Shown in pieces: positions 24,451 through 35,750 of a DNA stretch of 64,000 nt. Under the pieces are notes generated by a model, which made no database searches, was not told where the DNA came from, and saw only the letters and a list, made by a program, of their open reading frames with translations. The stretch's first letter is position 1; every line of letters starts with the position of its first letter. The stretch is from Callorhinchus milii (lineage: Eukaryota): NCBI RefSeq assembly GCF_018977255.1, contig NW_024704743.1, forward strand, positions 84,260,001-84,324,000, given 5' to 3'. The position numbers and the translations under genes are program-made.

Positions 24451-25224
24451 TTTCATAGAATTACATAGACAGTCCAGCACCAAGCAGGCCATTCGGCCCA
24501 ACTAATTGGTGCCATCGTTTATACTTCGCATGAGCCTCCACCCCTCCTAATCCCCTCTCTGTCAACTATGTTCTATTTTTGCTTAAAAAAGCAACAACGT
24601 TATTATTGTTATGAAGTCCACCATCAATTAGAAAGATAAGGAATGACTTCTCCAAACTGCTCATTCATAGATGACACTATTTAACCTTTACTGTTTGTGC
24701 TATAATGCTGTCTATTTATTCTTACATTCCTTTGCAGGTACAATATTCTGTTTAGATCAATAGGAACTACCTATGTCCTGCCTTTGACTTGCAGTATTAT
24801 TTTAATGTTTCCTGAAAATGTTCTGTATTATGGAATCAAATCGATGTTGACACATAAGTGCCATTTGATTGGATCATTTGTGGTACCATTTGTTTATTAT
24901 TGCTGACTAGATATTGCCATTACTGCTTCTTAGATCATAGAAGGTACTGATCATGAACAAACTGTACACGTTATTCAATTGTTAATATGTTATTCAGTAC
25001 ATTATTGTGACCCTAAAATATACTGCCAAATAGAACTTTTTTCTATTTCAGGCCCCCATCGATGTTTAGAAATGTCACATTTTTCCACCCATGTAAGGTG
25101 GAACTCAACCATATTCCTGATTTCAACATAATGTTTTCATGACACATTCCCAGGGTAAACTATGGTAAGTGATAACCAGTGAATTTATATCAATTATCAT
25201 TGAGTGATGTTGATAATATTAATA

Positions 25225-25585
25225 TTCCTTACATTTGATTTAGTACCTTTCACATCAGGACGATAACTTAAAGCACTTCGCAGGATTTACTGTAAAGTGG
25301 TGTTACTGTGTATTTGTTGGGAAACACAGCAGCCAAGTTGTACACAGCAATATCATGAAGGGAATGATCAATGTTATCTAGGGGATTGTTTGACAGGAAG
25401 CTGTGAGAAACCCTTCACTCTTCAAATACTGCCTGGGGATCTTTCGCATCCACCTGAACTGGCAGATGGGATTGGAAGAACAGCTCCTCCAACAATGCAG
25501 CACACCAGCATTACTGCATTGGAGCGTCTTCTTAGACTTTGAGTTCCAAGTCCCAAAGTAGGGCTTGAACCCACAATCTTCTGAT
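25225..25585 (-). mobile_element. Old Deu-domain SINE
   Basis: Tail CCTTACATTTGAT, GGGATCTTT..ATCCACCTGAA, CTCCAACAATGCAGCAC, GGGCTTGAACCCACAATCTTCTGA (reverse B box). Confidence 0.75.
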
Positions 25586-26269
25586 GTTAGTTATTATCTG
25601 TGTGCTAATTAACAATTAGTGCACATTGAACATGTTATAAAATGATGCAAACCTGTTTTGTATCTAAATGAAATAGTTAAAAGCTACTGGAGGATACACA
25701 CAGTAACTCAAAAGCTGTCAAGTTTCAAGAGTCGAGAAAAAGCTCTTGGACAGTATTTGGCCTCGAGAATTTGTAAGGGTGATGATAAATGATACGGTTT
25801 GCGATAGGCGGCTGACACACCAGTGCAGAACCTGGGAGCTTTGCATAGTCAGAGGTGCCCTCTGACGGATGAGATGACAAACAGAGAGCTGATCATGTGG
25901 ATGTTGAAAAGCGAAGTTTCTCGCAATGTCCTGGTTAACAATCCTCCAGATTGATTGCTGTCATTCACCTCACTGCTATTTGTGGAACCTATTTGTACAC
26001 AAAATTGTAGCCGAGTTTGCGTACGAAGCAGTCACAACACTTGACAGTAATTACTTGGGTTGACAACAATTCCAAGTGACAAGCTGTATAAAATACTACA
26101 CAATACAATAAAAAAAAGTTTTTTCCTATAATGTGCATAAAAACACCAAAGCAAAAAACAAAAATCAAAGATTACAAAATTATACTGAATATAATTGACT
26201 ACTTTTTTGAATGTGGTGTGAATGTAAGATTCATATCCTGTACAAATTCCATCTAAGAAAGTTAACAAC

Positions 26270-26575
26270 AACTTGCATTCATTTCACATGCATTCGCTCT
26301 TCACTCGGGGCAGCGTCCTGGAGCGCTTGACTGCGGCAGAGTCTGACAACCAGGAGGGAGATGACCATAAGCACAATCAAAAAGGAAGGTCTTTAAGTAG
26401 GATTTGAAGGTGGGGAGGGAGGGGGCAAAGCGGAGGGACAGCTACCGATGATGGAGCGGAGTTGGCAAGGGACAAACAGAAGGCCGGAGCCAGCTGAGCG
26501 GAGGCAGTGGGTGGTGGAGTGGGGGTAAGCAGGTTGGATAAGTAAGGAGGTACGAGGGCATGAAGGGATTTGACA
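26270..26575 (-). mobile_element. L2 LINE 3' fragment, decayed
   Basis: AACAACAACTTGCATT tail, GATTTGAAGGTGGGGAGGGAGGGGGC, GAGGGCATGAAGGGATTTGA. Confidence 0.7.
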
Positions 26576-27327
26576 TTGTTCCAGTTACTAATAATCTTGA
26601 TTAAGTGTCTCCTTGCATTTGATATAGCTCTTTGTCCGCAAAAATACAGTCACTCTACTTTACAGTATATCCTGTTTAGCGCTTTGAGACTTCTTCCTGA
26701 TGTGAGTGACGCTATATAAAATGTAAGGATTTTGTTATGGTTTCACCAGCATCTTTGCTCTGGTTATCTGGACACAGAAATAAAAGTGTCTCTGATGTTT
26801 AGATCCTTCAGTTTCTCTACAATTCTAATCAGGATAGATTGCCTTTTAAAATCAAATGTAACCATTTATGTTTAAGTTAATGGAGAAATCACTGTAGGAG
26901 CCATGCCAGAATTTATCTGCAAATCTGCAGTTCTTCTTATCTGGGCTCCATGATATGTATTCTACATTTTCAATGGAAGGACAGTACAGGGGCATGTTGC
27001 CTATTAGTGGAATAAGCAGTTGTAAGCAGTGTGATGCTATAAAATAACTCACTGAATGAGTTATTAAGAACAAGCCCACTTTGTTCCCAGGGCAAGTGGG
27101 ATATGGACCTCCCAGTATCAGGACTTGAATTATTTCCCAATAACCCACAGCCTGCAAGTTGATTATTCTGGATACATCAAATTTTATTTTGATGTAAAAT
27201 AAAACTCTTAAAATTAGTCATTCGCGAATTGGCTGCCTCATTCACCTACAAAATAAACAGTCACTACACCTCATAGTACATCCTGTGAGAGGCTTTTAGA
27301 TATTGTCTGACGTGAAGGGCTCTATAT

Positions 27328-27723
27328 AATAATAATAATCCTTGCATTTGTGTTTTCATGTCTTTGAGATGTCTCAATTAGCTTCGTAGAATATATGGTC
27401 GAGTGAATTAACTGTATATCTTGCGGGCGAAATGCGGCAGCGAATTGCGCACAGCATTCTTCCACAATAGTCATGGATTGGGTGACCAAATTATTCTTAT
27501 TTATTTATTATTATTGAAGGGATTATTATTTGTTTGAAGGGATTATTATCCCCGGAAAAGCAATCCACCAATCAACTAACAACCAGGTTCCTACTGACTG
27601 GTAGGTAAACTGAGGTGTGTGGAGTAATAAAACTTGTCTAATGTTTCGCCCTGCCCAGGAATCGAACTCCAGTCCTCTCACTTGTGAGGTGAATACCCTA
27701 AACAATACATTACAGGGCTCCAC
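27328..27723 (-). mobile_element. Older, longer variant of the tRNA-derived SINE, nested in the tail of a + strand Deu-SINE
   Basis: Same head and tail as the young family plus an extra ~65 bp internal block; host tail GGGCTCTATAT resumes as ATATCAAATGCAAG (ATAT duplication). Confidence 0.85.
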
Positions 27724-30320
27724 ATATCAAATGCAAGAATTATTATTATTTAAAATTTGTTGTTGTATTAATAAAATGAAAAGGTCACGTAATGTCATCA
27801 GTACAATGCACAGAGTCATTATTTGAGTATCTAACTGACAATCTGACAATCTCTCCTGCCCTCCACCCCCACCTCAGGAGACCACACATGTCGCATAGAG
27901 TGATAATACAATACATTCAGAATTTAATAGGCTACTGCTTCAATGACTGAATCTAAAGCATTTCCTGTACTGTAATCTACCAGCATTTTAGTGGTCAATT
28001 TGTTGGATTACATTACAGATTTTGGTGAATTTGCAATTAATTAAATCTAGCCTCAGCACTGTAATACATGCCATCATTATCATTAACGGTGTAAGGTTTT
28101 ACTTGAATGAGGTATCTTGTTTAGTTCCAATAGCAAATTGCGTTAAAGTCTACTATTAGCTATCAGTAAGGAAGAAAAGGCAATCTTTTCGCAGCATAAT
28201 AGCTATGGATCAATGATGAAGTACCTTCAAAGAGAGGGAGAAAGAACAGGCAACTTGTGGCCCTTTTGTCAGCTCTAATTCTACGCTTGTCATTCTTAGC
28301 ATTTCCTCTGCTCCTTATAGCAGTGCTCGCCCACAGATGATATTCTTCTTCTGAGAGAAAAACACACAATCCATTTTCTGCAAAAAGCTACACGTTTTGC
28401 CATGGAAAAAGGACCTCTCACAAAATCGTGTTTCTTTTTATTGTGCGTACGTGTGTTACTTTTTTCCCATTCTTGGGTTTGCTCACTTATTTTCTGTTTT
28501 CTACGAAGCAGTTTTAAAATGGAAACAGATGCTACTACCGATATCTTTTCCATCCTGCCTGTCTCAGACTCAGTCATTGCACAAGTTGCAACAAAACACA
28601 ATTCTATTGAACTCCGTTATTTTTGGTGGGGGAAAATATTTTTAAAATTAAATGTGCAAAGCTGTACAGAGCCTGCACACCAATCTCAATCCATCGGCAC
28701 GTTGTGAATGATTTTTTCTTCCTTCATACACGACAAAATCTAGGTTAAGCACAACAGGTTTCTCTGATTTTACAATATAGATTGTGTTTGATGATTTCTC
28801 TCTATCTTTATTAAACCAACCTATTTATCTTGCTTCTCAGCCATGATGTGACCTTGGTCTGCAAATCATGCGACTGAGCAGAAATCTATAAGTATATAAC
28901 GACAATAAGATGCCAGTTAATTTAAGCACGAATTACATTTTAGAATGCAAATGGTGCAACGTGAAAGCTGTGAGACAGGTCAGTGCTGCCTTAGGGAGAA
29001 CTCAGGATAGCATTGTAGGGGAAGAAGACAGTTACATGAATCTCATGGTTTGTAATGATGTATTTGGTCTCTTATATAATTACGCAATGACTGACTGAAG
29101 ATTTATATTCCTTGTATAGGTAATAATTAGACAACCACAAACCCATTTGACCATGGCGAGGTGAAGAGCTCCTTCTGCTTTTTGTTTCAGCAGATGAATC
29201 AATACTCACACGTTTTTACCACTGTTGAGTGAAATTGAGGAAATGAAAATCTGATAATTTTGCTCTCTCTACAGTCTAGACAGAGGAGAGGAGTTCTGCC
29301 TTTGACAGGAAGATCTATTTCTAGCTCCTCAAATGCTAATGTCAATTTTTAAACTGCTACCCGAATTGATTTTAACTTTTCTTTTAAGGAGTGGTTTATT
29401 AGACATATTCTTCAGTAAACCATGTGAAATTACATCTGTGTTCCTAAAGGTCTGTCACTTTTTACATTCCAATTCATTGCATTGTTTTAACACAATGACA
29501 GGACTCCAGCTCTCTGTGATTACTGGAGCGACCAGTGCTGCAGTTATCTAAATGAATAGTCCTGTTTGACATTTGACAACTGATTAAATGTTTATATTTT
29601 TAAAACTGATATTTGTTAAGAGCAGGAAGCATAATTTATACTTTGGTTTGGCTAATCTGTCGAGATTTGATCTATAAATCTATCTGACAGGCTGTTTTAT
29701 AGGTTGAGATAACTTGCCAGATTCAAAAAGAACTTGAGATGACTGTTTAAGCGCTTAAGACTTTGTGCCATTATTGTTTTATGTTTGTACGTACGGTAGC
29801 TGCTTGAAAGGGGCAAATTCAGCTTCAGCTTCCATTTCATTCTCTTACAAGTCAGTTTGTATCTGTGTTACAAACTTTCAATGTGTATTACCTGGGTTTA
29901 TTTTGTTTACAAAAAATGGAAGAATTTGTTTAGAAGACAATACAGTTAACTAAGAATTCCTCAGAAATGTGTTAATGTTACTGGCGTGGAATGAGATGTT
30001 ATTTATCCAACATTATTTTGGAGCTCAACTGGCTCCAAGGTGATGTGTATGACACGGAATGTCGGAATTGAGCTAACCCGTTGGCGGTCTCGCTATCCCA
30101 GTTCTTGTGTTGTTATCAGCAGTACTCCAGAGCGCTGCTGATAACACCACAGCCAGCCTGGCTCATCAGCAGGGCTTAGAGGAACTGACCAGTCACTGGG
30201 ATCAGGTGTTCTTTCATCCCACTCAGCTCCTTTTAACCCTGCAAGCCGAAATCCTAAACAGTATGGTGATTCTAGTGTGGGAAAGCTTGTCAAACAGTGC
30301 TCTCAATGGCAAGCTATGTT

Positions 30321-30575
30321 GTTTTATCTGGTTAAACCAGCAATACACCAACACATACTTTGAGGTCCCGAATGCTTGCCTTATTTAAGCTTGCGCTCTC
30401 CAGAATTAGGCAAGCAGGTTACATCCCTCCAGGGAAAAAATGCACATTCCATTGCAGGCACAGGAAAATTTCCACAGACCTTTCAGTTTGGTTTGGATAG
30501 CATAATATCCAAAACATGATGATGTGTTTGCACAAATGTCAGACATCCGGCTGACCAAAAACAAAAGTTCTGGAT
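30321..30575 (+). repeat. Unclassified interspersed repeat, copy 3 of 3
   Basis: Aligns to 20825-21076 and to the reverse complement of 7335-7560. Confidence 0.75.
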
Positions 30576-31324
30576 CCTCCTCAGGAAAGGGTTAATTTTG
30601 CTACACCTCATTCTGGGGAAAGCTCCTTAGGGTTGCTTTCTGTGTTTTCTTTGGGGAATTCCCTGTGCATTACACTAACTCAGAAGACCTCAGCCCCCAG
30701 GCAACCTCAGGTCAGAAACCATATTGCATGGGTTGGAATGACATACATGGGATTGTCTGCAGAGAGCACACTTTACATTGGGAGGTATTTGTTTCTGAGA
30801 TGAATTGGTAACCTTTCCTAAAGAGCAGTGTTTCAACTCCAATGTAATTGACTTGCCTTCTCTCAATACATAATAAGCAGAAACAGGCATAATGAACAGT
30901 ATCTGTTCATTACACAGAACAGAGTTTCTCCTTGTGTCCTGGTCAACAATCCTCCAGCTACAATTAGTCAGCACTTCATGGCTGTTTGTGGCCCATTGCT
31001 GGGTGCAATTTGTTTACTGTTTTCGCCTACAAATACAGAGGCCTACAGTTTACAAAATTCTTATTGAAGGACTTTGAGACTTTAAGCATCATAGTCGATA
31101 CATTAAATGCAAGGGTTATTGCTGATTAGGATGATTATAATGAATCATTAAACTACTGTATGGAAGGTGTGAATGAATTATATCAGACCAATATTACAAA
31201 TTTATCTGATATAAGCACGAAATTACATTTTAAAATGCAAATGGTCATTCACACGACATGTCAAACCAGATGTTGAGTTGTATTAAAAGAGCAATATTGA
31301 GCTGAAATTTTCGGGTAATCCTGT

Positions 31325-31860
31325 CACTTTATAAATTACTGGTGCGACTGCATTTGGAATACTGTGTGCAGTTCTGGTCACCACAGTATAAAAACAATAT
31401 TGCAGCGATTGAGAGGATACCAAGGAGCGATTAGGTAAACTGGGCATGTTCACGCTAGAGAAGAGAAGGTTAAGGGGTGATATGATTACAGTCTTTAAGA
31501 TTCTGAAGGGACTAGATAATGTAGACCATGATAAGCTGGTTTTTCTTGTACTGAATAGTAGAATCAGAGGACACGGCCTGCGATTGAAGGGGGTTAAATT
31601 CAGAACAAATCTGCGGAAACACTACTTCAGTGAGCCAGTGGTAAATTTATGGAACAAGCTCCTTAGGGAGACAATGGAAGCAGAAAGTGTAAGTATATAA
31701 TTTGCTTCAATAACAAATTATATAGATTTCTGCTAGAAAATAATATCTCGGGATACAGTATATAGTTTGGGACATGACATGTTGAGCAACTACCAGAATG
31801 ATAGAAATTAGACTAGATGGACCTTGGTCTTCTTTCTCATAGCAAATTTTTATGTTGTTA
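31325..31860 (+). mobile_element. CR1 LINE 3' fragment
   Basis: LVRLHLEYCVQFWSP; ORF 31446-31700 FTLEKRRLRGDMITVFKILKG...RGH; tail CTAGATGGACCTTGGTCTT shared with 34083-34180 and ~23945. Confidence 0.9.
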
Positions 31861-32667
31861 TATTCTAATTGTGGATTTTCCAGATGCTTTGAAGTGTAAT
31901 CCTGACATGAAAGATGTTTTATCACATGTAAGGATTATTATTATCATTGTTATTATCAAAGAGTTAAAAATGTAATTACAGGATAATATATTCTTGAAAC
32001 CTGTGCTTCAATTCCAAAGAATTCAACATTCTACCCATTCCCAATTTCTGACTTTGAGAGAATGATTTCACCCAAAAGTTCTACAGTCAAGATGGATGCC
32101 ATGTTTCTTACATATCTGTGTCACCAGAAGTGTGTTGATTTTTGAAGCGAGGTTTATCGCTGCTCCACGGATGGTCAGTCTTTGCTCGCAGAACTAATAA
32201 TCACATCTCAAAATGCATTCCACCCCCCACCCCCACCCCCACGCACACACACTCCATGAATAATACAACAGACAATTATTCACAAAGCATACCTGAGCAT
32301 AAATCACTGCTGGAATTGTCACACACATTGCATAAAAGGTTCTAATAGATAAAAGGTGAAAAATGGAAACAAATCAGGTGTTCAGCGTTCAGCGTACAGA
32401 GGGATTATTTTTGAAGTGAACTGTTTCTTTGTTGCACAGTAGGGGGTGAGTTGTACTTTGCAACTGCTTATTTCATCAAACTGACATCAAGTGTTTGACG
32501 TAAATGGCATTGCACTACCTGTAAGTTCTAATGCGGCATCTGTAGGCACATGTCAAGTGTGTAACTTCTGTCATTAAACTGTAATCCTCATACTTCCCAG
32601 CTCACGATGTGCTAAAATGAGAAAAAGCCCAACACTGGTATCAAGCAGGTCAGACTAGTCTGGTATA

Positions 32668-32850
32668 GTGTGTGGGTGTTTATGTTTGCGTGTAGGTCTG
32701 TGTATTTGCATGTGTCTATGTATCTGTATGTTTGCCTGTGTATGAAGTGTGGGTGTCAATCTGTGTGTGTGTTTGTGTGAATCTGTGTGTGTGCTTGTGT
32801 GTCAGTATGTGTGTGCATGTGTCGATGTGTCTGTATGTTTGTGTGTGTGG
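32668..32850 (+). repeat. Degenerate (TG)n microsatellite
   Basis: Interrupted TGTG runs. Confidence 0.85.
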
Positions 32851-32953
32851 TTGGAGAGGAGGGGGTGAAGACCATAAAGCAAAATAATAAACAACCTAAA
32901 AGAAAATTTTCTTCTGCCAAAGTGTGCACGTGGCCTAAGAGGCTTAGGATTAC

Positions 32954-32998
32954 CTTATGGCGGCAGCTGTTTCAAGGACTCGTTCAAGATTACTTCTG
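32954..32998 (-). CDS. Candidate 45-nt symmetric exon (phase 2-2), RSNLERVLETAAAI
   Basis: Acceptor TTCATTTTCATTTTATTCACACAG (NAGNAG) and donor AAG|GTAATC; single open frame; length divisible by 3. Confidence 0.25.
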
Positions 32999-33954
32999 CT
33001 GTGTGAATAAAATGAAAATGAATCTGATTTTTTTCTTTGTCTTTTGTCAATGTTAAATAAACAATGCATGACACAGCCACCACAAGAAACACAACAACAT
33101 TTTCTTAAGTCTCCTGAAAATATCCGTAACTGGAACATTTCTTTTTGAGGGGTACATCGTCATTATTTTACAATGTGCATAACAAATCAATCAATATTCA
33201 TTTATTGACCGACATGTATTAGTGAACAGATATTTATTATGCACTGTTATCATTGGCACATAAAGCTGAAAGACATCATTTTGAAAAGTACTTTTTTATA
33301 TTATAGATTTAACAAAATGACAAAGTGTGAAGAAACTGTTTGAACATTGCAACAACACTTTTGACCTCTATCGATAAGTTTAGGAGTCGCTAGTAAGTCG
33401 CCTCAAATCACTTCACAGGCTATACTGTAAAATGCAGTGATTGATTGTTTTATGGGCAAATGCAGCAGTCAATTTGTGAACAATTTGTACATAAATTTCC
33501 TCTTAGACTCCTTCAGCAAAATCCCATGAAGAACCGTAAACATTGGATCTATTAAATACTGACTGGGAAAATTACCAATCTTTTTATTGCATCTTTCCCG
33601 CTGCAAAGGCAAGAAGCTGCATTGTTCAAGAAGTATTATCTCTAATATGTACATATCTTATAAAGACTTCCTTAGTGAATTTAAGACAGTAATCCCATTT
33701 CAGAGTTCAGAAGATGATCGAGCTTCAGTCTATAGTTTATAATATGATTCTAACTCCTCAACTGGATTACTGTCTTTCAATTGAAAGAGAAGTATCCAAT
33801 ACCCTCTATGTAAAGTATGTAAAATACTTTACATACTGGCAATCTGCTCTCATGTACAAATTTATATAATGCCTTTCACATCAGAAGGATGTGCCAAGGT
33901 GCTGGACAGCCTAAGGTTTACACCTTAGACACAGCATCAAACTGTTTTTTTTTA

Positions 33955-34345
33955 AATAAGTCTTGTGTCCTAGTCTCAAACACCCTTTATGGTAATCTGT
34001 TCCATTTAATAATTATTCACTGAGTAAAAAGCTGAGTAAAATTGCCCTTTGAAACTCCAAACAATTGCTTCTTATGTTCTTGTATAGTTTGGTACATGAC
34101 ATGTCGAGCGACTACCAGGATGGTGGAAGGTGAACTAGATGGACCTTGGTCTTCTTTCACCTAACAAATTTTTATGCTCATATTAACTATTTTGTTCTAA
34201 TCGTGTTCTACTGTCTTGCGGGATCCTGAAGTATGTATCTGGTTTTACTTTTTCAATCTCATTTAAAATGTTAGACACCTCTATAAGGATCCCTCTGAGA
34301 CATCTTCTCTCAAGAATTAAGAGTCTTGAGGGATGTGTTAGACGT
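33955..34345 (-). mobile_element. CR1 3' fragment (-) containing a + strand CR1 tail (34083-34180)
   Basis: Reverse complement CTTGAGAGAAGATGTCTCAGAGGGATCCTTATAGAGGTG (LERRCLRG.LIEV-like); the insert matches 31760-31855. Confidence 0.65.
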
Positions 34346-34402
34346 TGCCTAATCATTGCTCATAGCTCCTTCCTCTAACATTGAGTATCGCCCTCTGGGC
34401 AA

Positions 34403-34680
34403 GATATAGGGAAACCCCATTATAACATGGTTGGCTGGGTCTAATGTTTTAGTGTCTGCGCTATAAGTGAGGCACAAACAAATGATTAACTTCTGGGTCA
34501 TCAGGTCACTGACATCGCGCCCTGTACATTCTGCATGTGTTCTGATCAGGAAGTGCCTCTGATGTCACTTCCTTTGCAAAATGATATCAGCAGCATTTCC
34601 TGCAGGAAGTATCATGCAGGAAGTGACAAAAGCAATACTTCTGCAATTTGCAATAAGTGACATCAGGAAATTCTATATCA
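34403..34680 (+). mobile_element. Decayed pogo/Tigger-like non-autonomous DNA transposon remnant
   Basis: Begins TATAGGGAAACCCCATTATAACATGG (Tigger-like terminus from recall); shares AACTTCTG.GTCATCAGGTC and GGAAGTGACA with 42421-42874 and ~39280-39400. Confidence 0.35.
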
Positions 34681-35329
34681 AAGCGCACTTAAATAGATTT
34701 ATATAGATTGTACAGCATGTAAATAGACTGTTCAGCCCAAATAATCCATGCTGGTGTTTATATTCCAAATGAGTGGAATATAAAAACTCCTTACTCTCTC
34801 CCATATCCTTCTATTTCCTTCTCACTCAATTGCACAGTTTAAGGTTCTCTTGCATACACAACACAAAGTCGGTAACACTGAGTGTGAGTTTATAATTCAA
34901 TCACATAGAGATTGCTAATATTATAACTCCATTTTGCTTTACAACAACATTGCATTTATATAGGCCCTTCACTCAGGATAGCGTCTCAGAACTTTTAATA
35001 CTTAAATACTTAAAGGAATGGCTAGAAATCCTCAGTTGAATCCCAGCTTACATAATAATGTTATCTTTCCATTTGTTTTAATGCCTATAATGTTGAAACA
35101 TTTCAAAGTGTAATTTGCTACAAAGTGCATTTTGTAGGTGAATGTGGCAACCAATGTCCCATAAATGGTCATGAACTGAATGACCAATTTTATCCAGGGG
35201 ATTCTTGGCCCAGAAACAGTGAGAAACTCCCTTCTCTTTTTGAATAGTGGGTTGGGATGGGATCTTTAAAATTCACCTGAACAGGCAAGTGGAGCCTTGG
35301 TTCAGCATTTCATGGTAACTCTAACCCTG

Positions 35330-35750
35330 CAATGTCTCCATCACACACCCCACATCTCCTCACCAGCCTCAATAAACATATCAACCCCCATTCTCACTTG
35401 GTTCTACTGGCTCCCTATTCCCCAGGAGATCGAATTCAAAGCCTTGTTCTCTCATTTTTCAATCCCACCATGGCCCTACCTACCCCACCCTACCTCTGTA
35501 ATCTCCCACAACCCTACCAACCCAGCTGCTTCCTTCACCCAGCAAACTGTGGCCTACTTCATGTCTACTCCACCCAATTTGCCCCATGACTAGCAGGTAA
35601 GCTTTCAGATATCTCCCTTGCTCTCTGGAACTCCATCTTGGAGTCCCTCCAACTCACTCCCTCCCTCTTCACTTTCAAAGCCCAACTCAGTATAAAGTTC
35701 TTTGAGATATTCTCCCAACGCAAAAGGCACTATATAAATGTAAATTGTAT
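35330..35750 (+). mobile_element. L2 LINE 3' fragment, decayed
   Basis: ITPILxxxxWLP-like 'ISTPILTWFYWLPIPQEIEFK'; CTCTGGAACTCCATC; GGCACTATATAAATGTAA tail. Confidence 0.75.

Noticed and set aside
28163..28707. Overlapping 68-101 aa ORFs on both strands
   Set aside because: No recognisable domain or clear splice boundaries; consistent with chance ORFs in non-coding DNA
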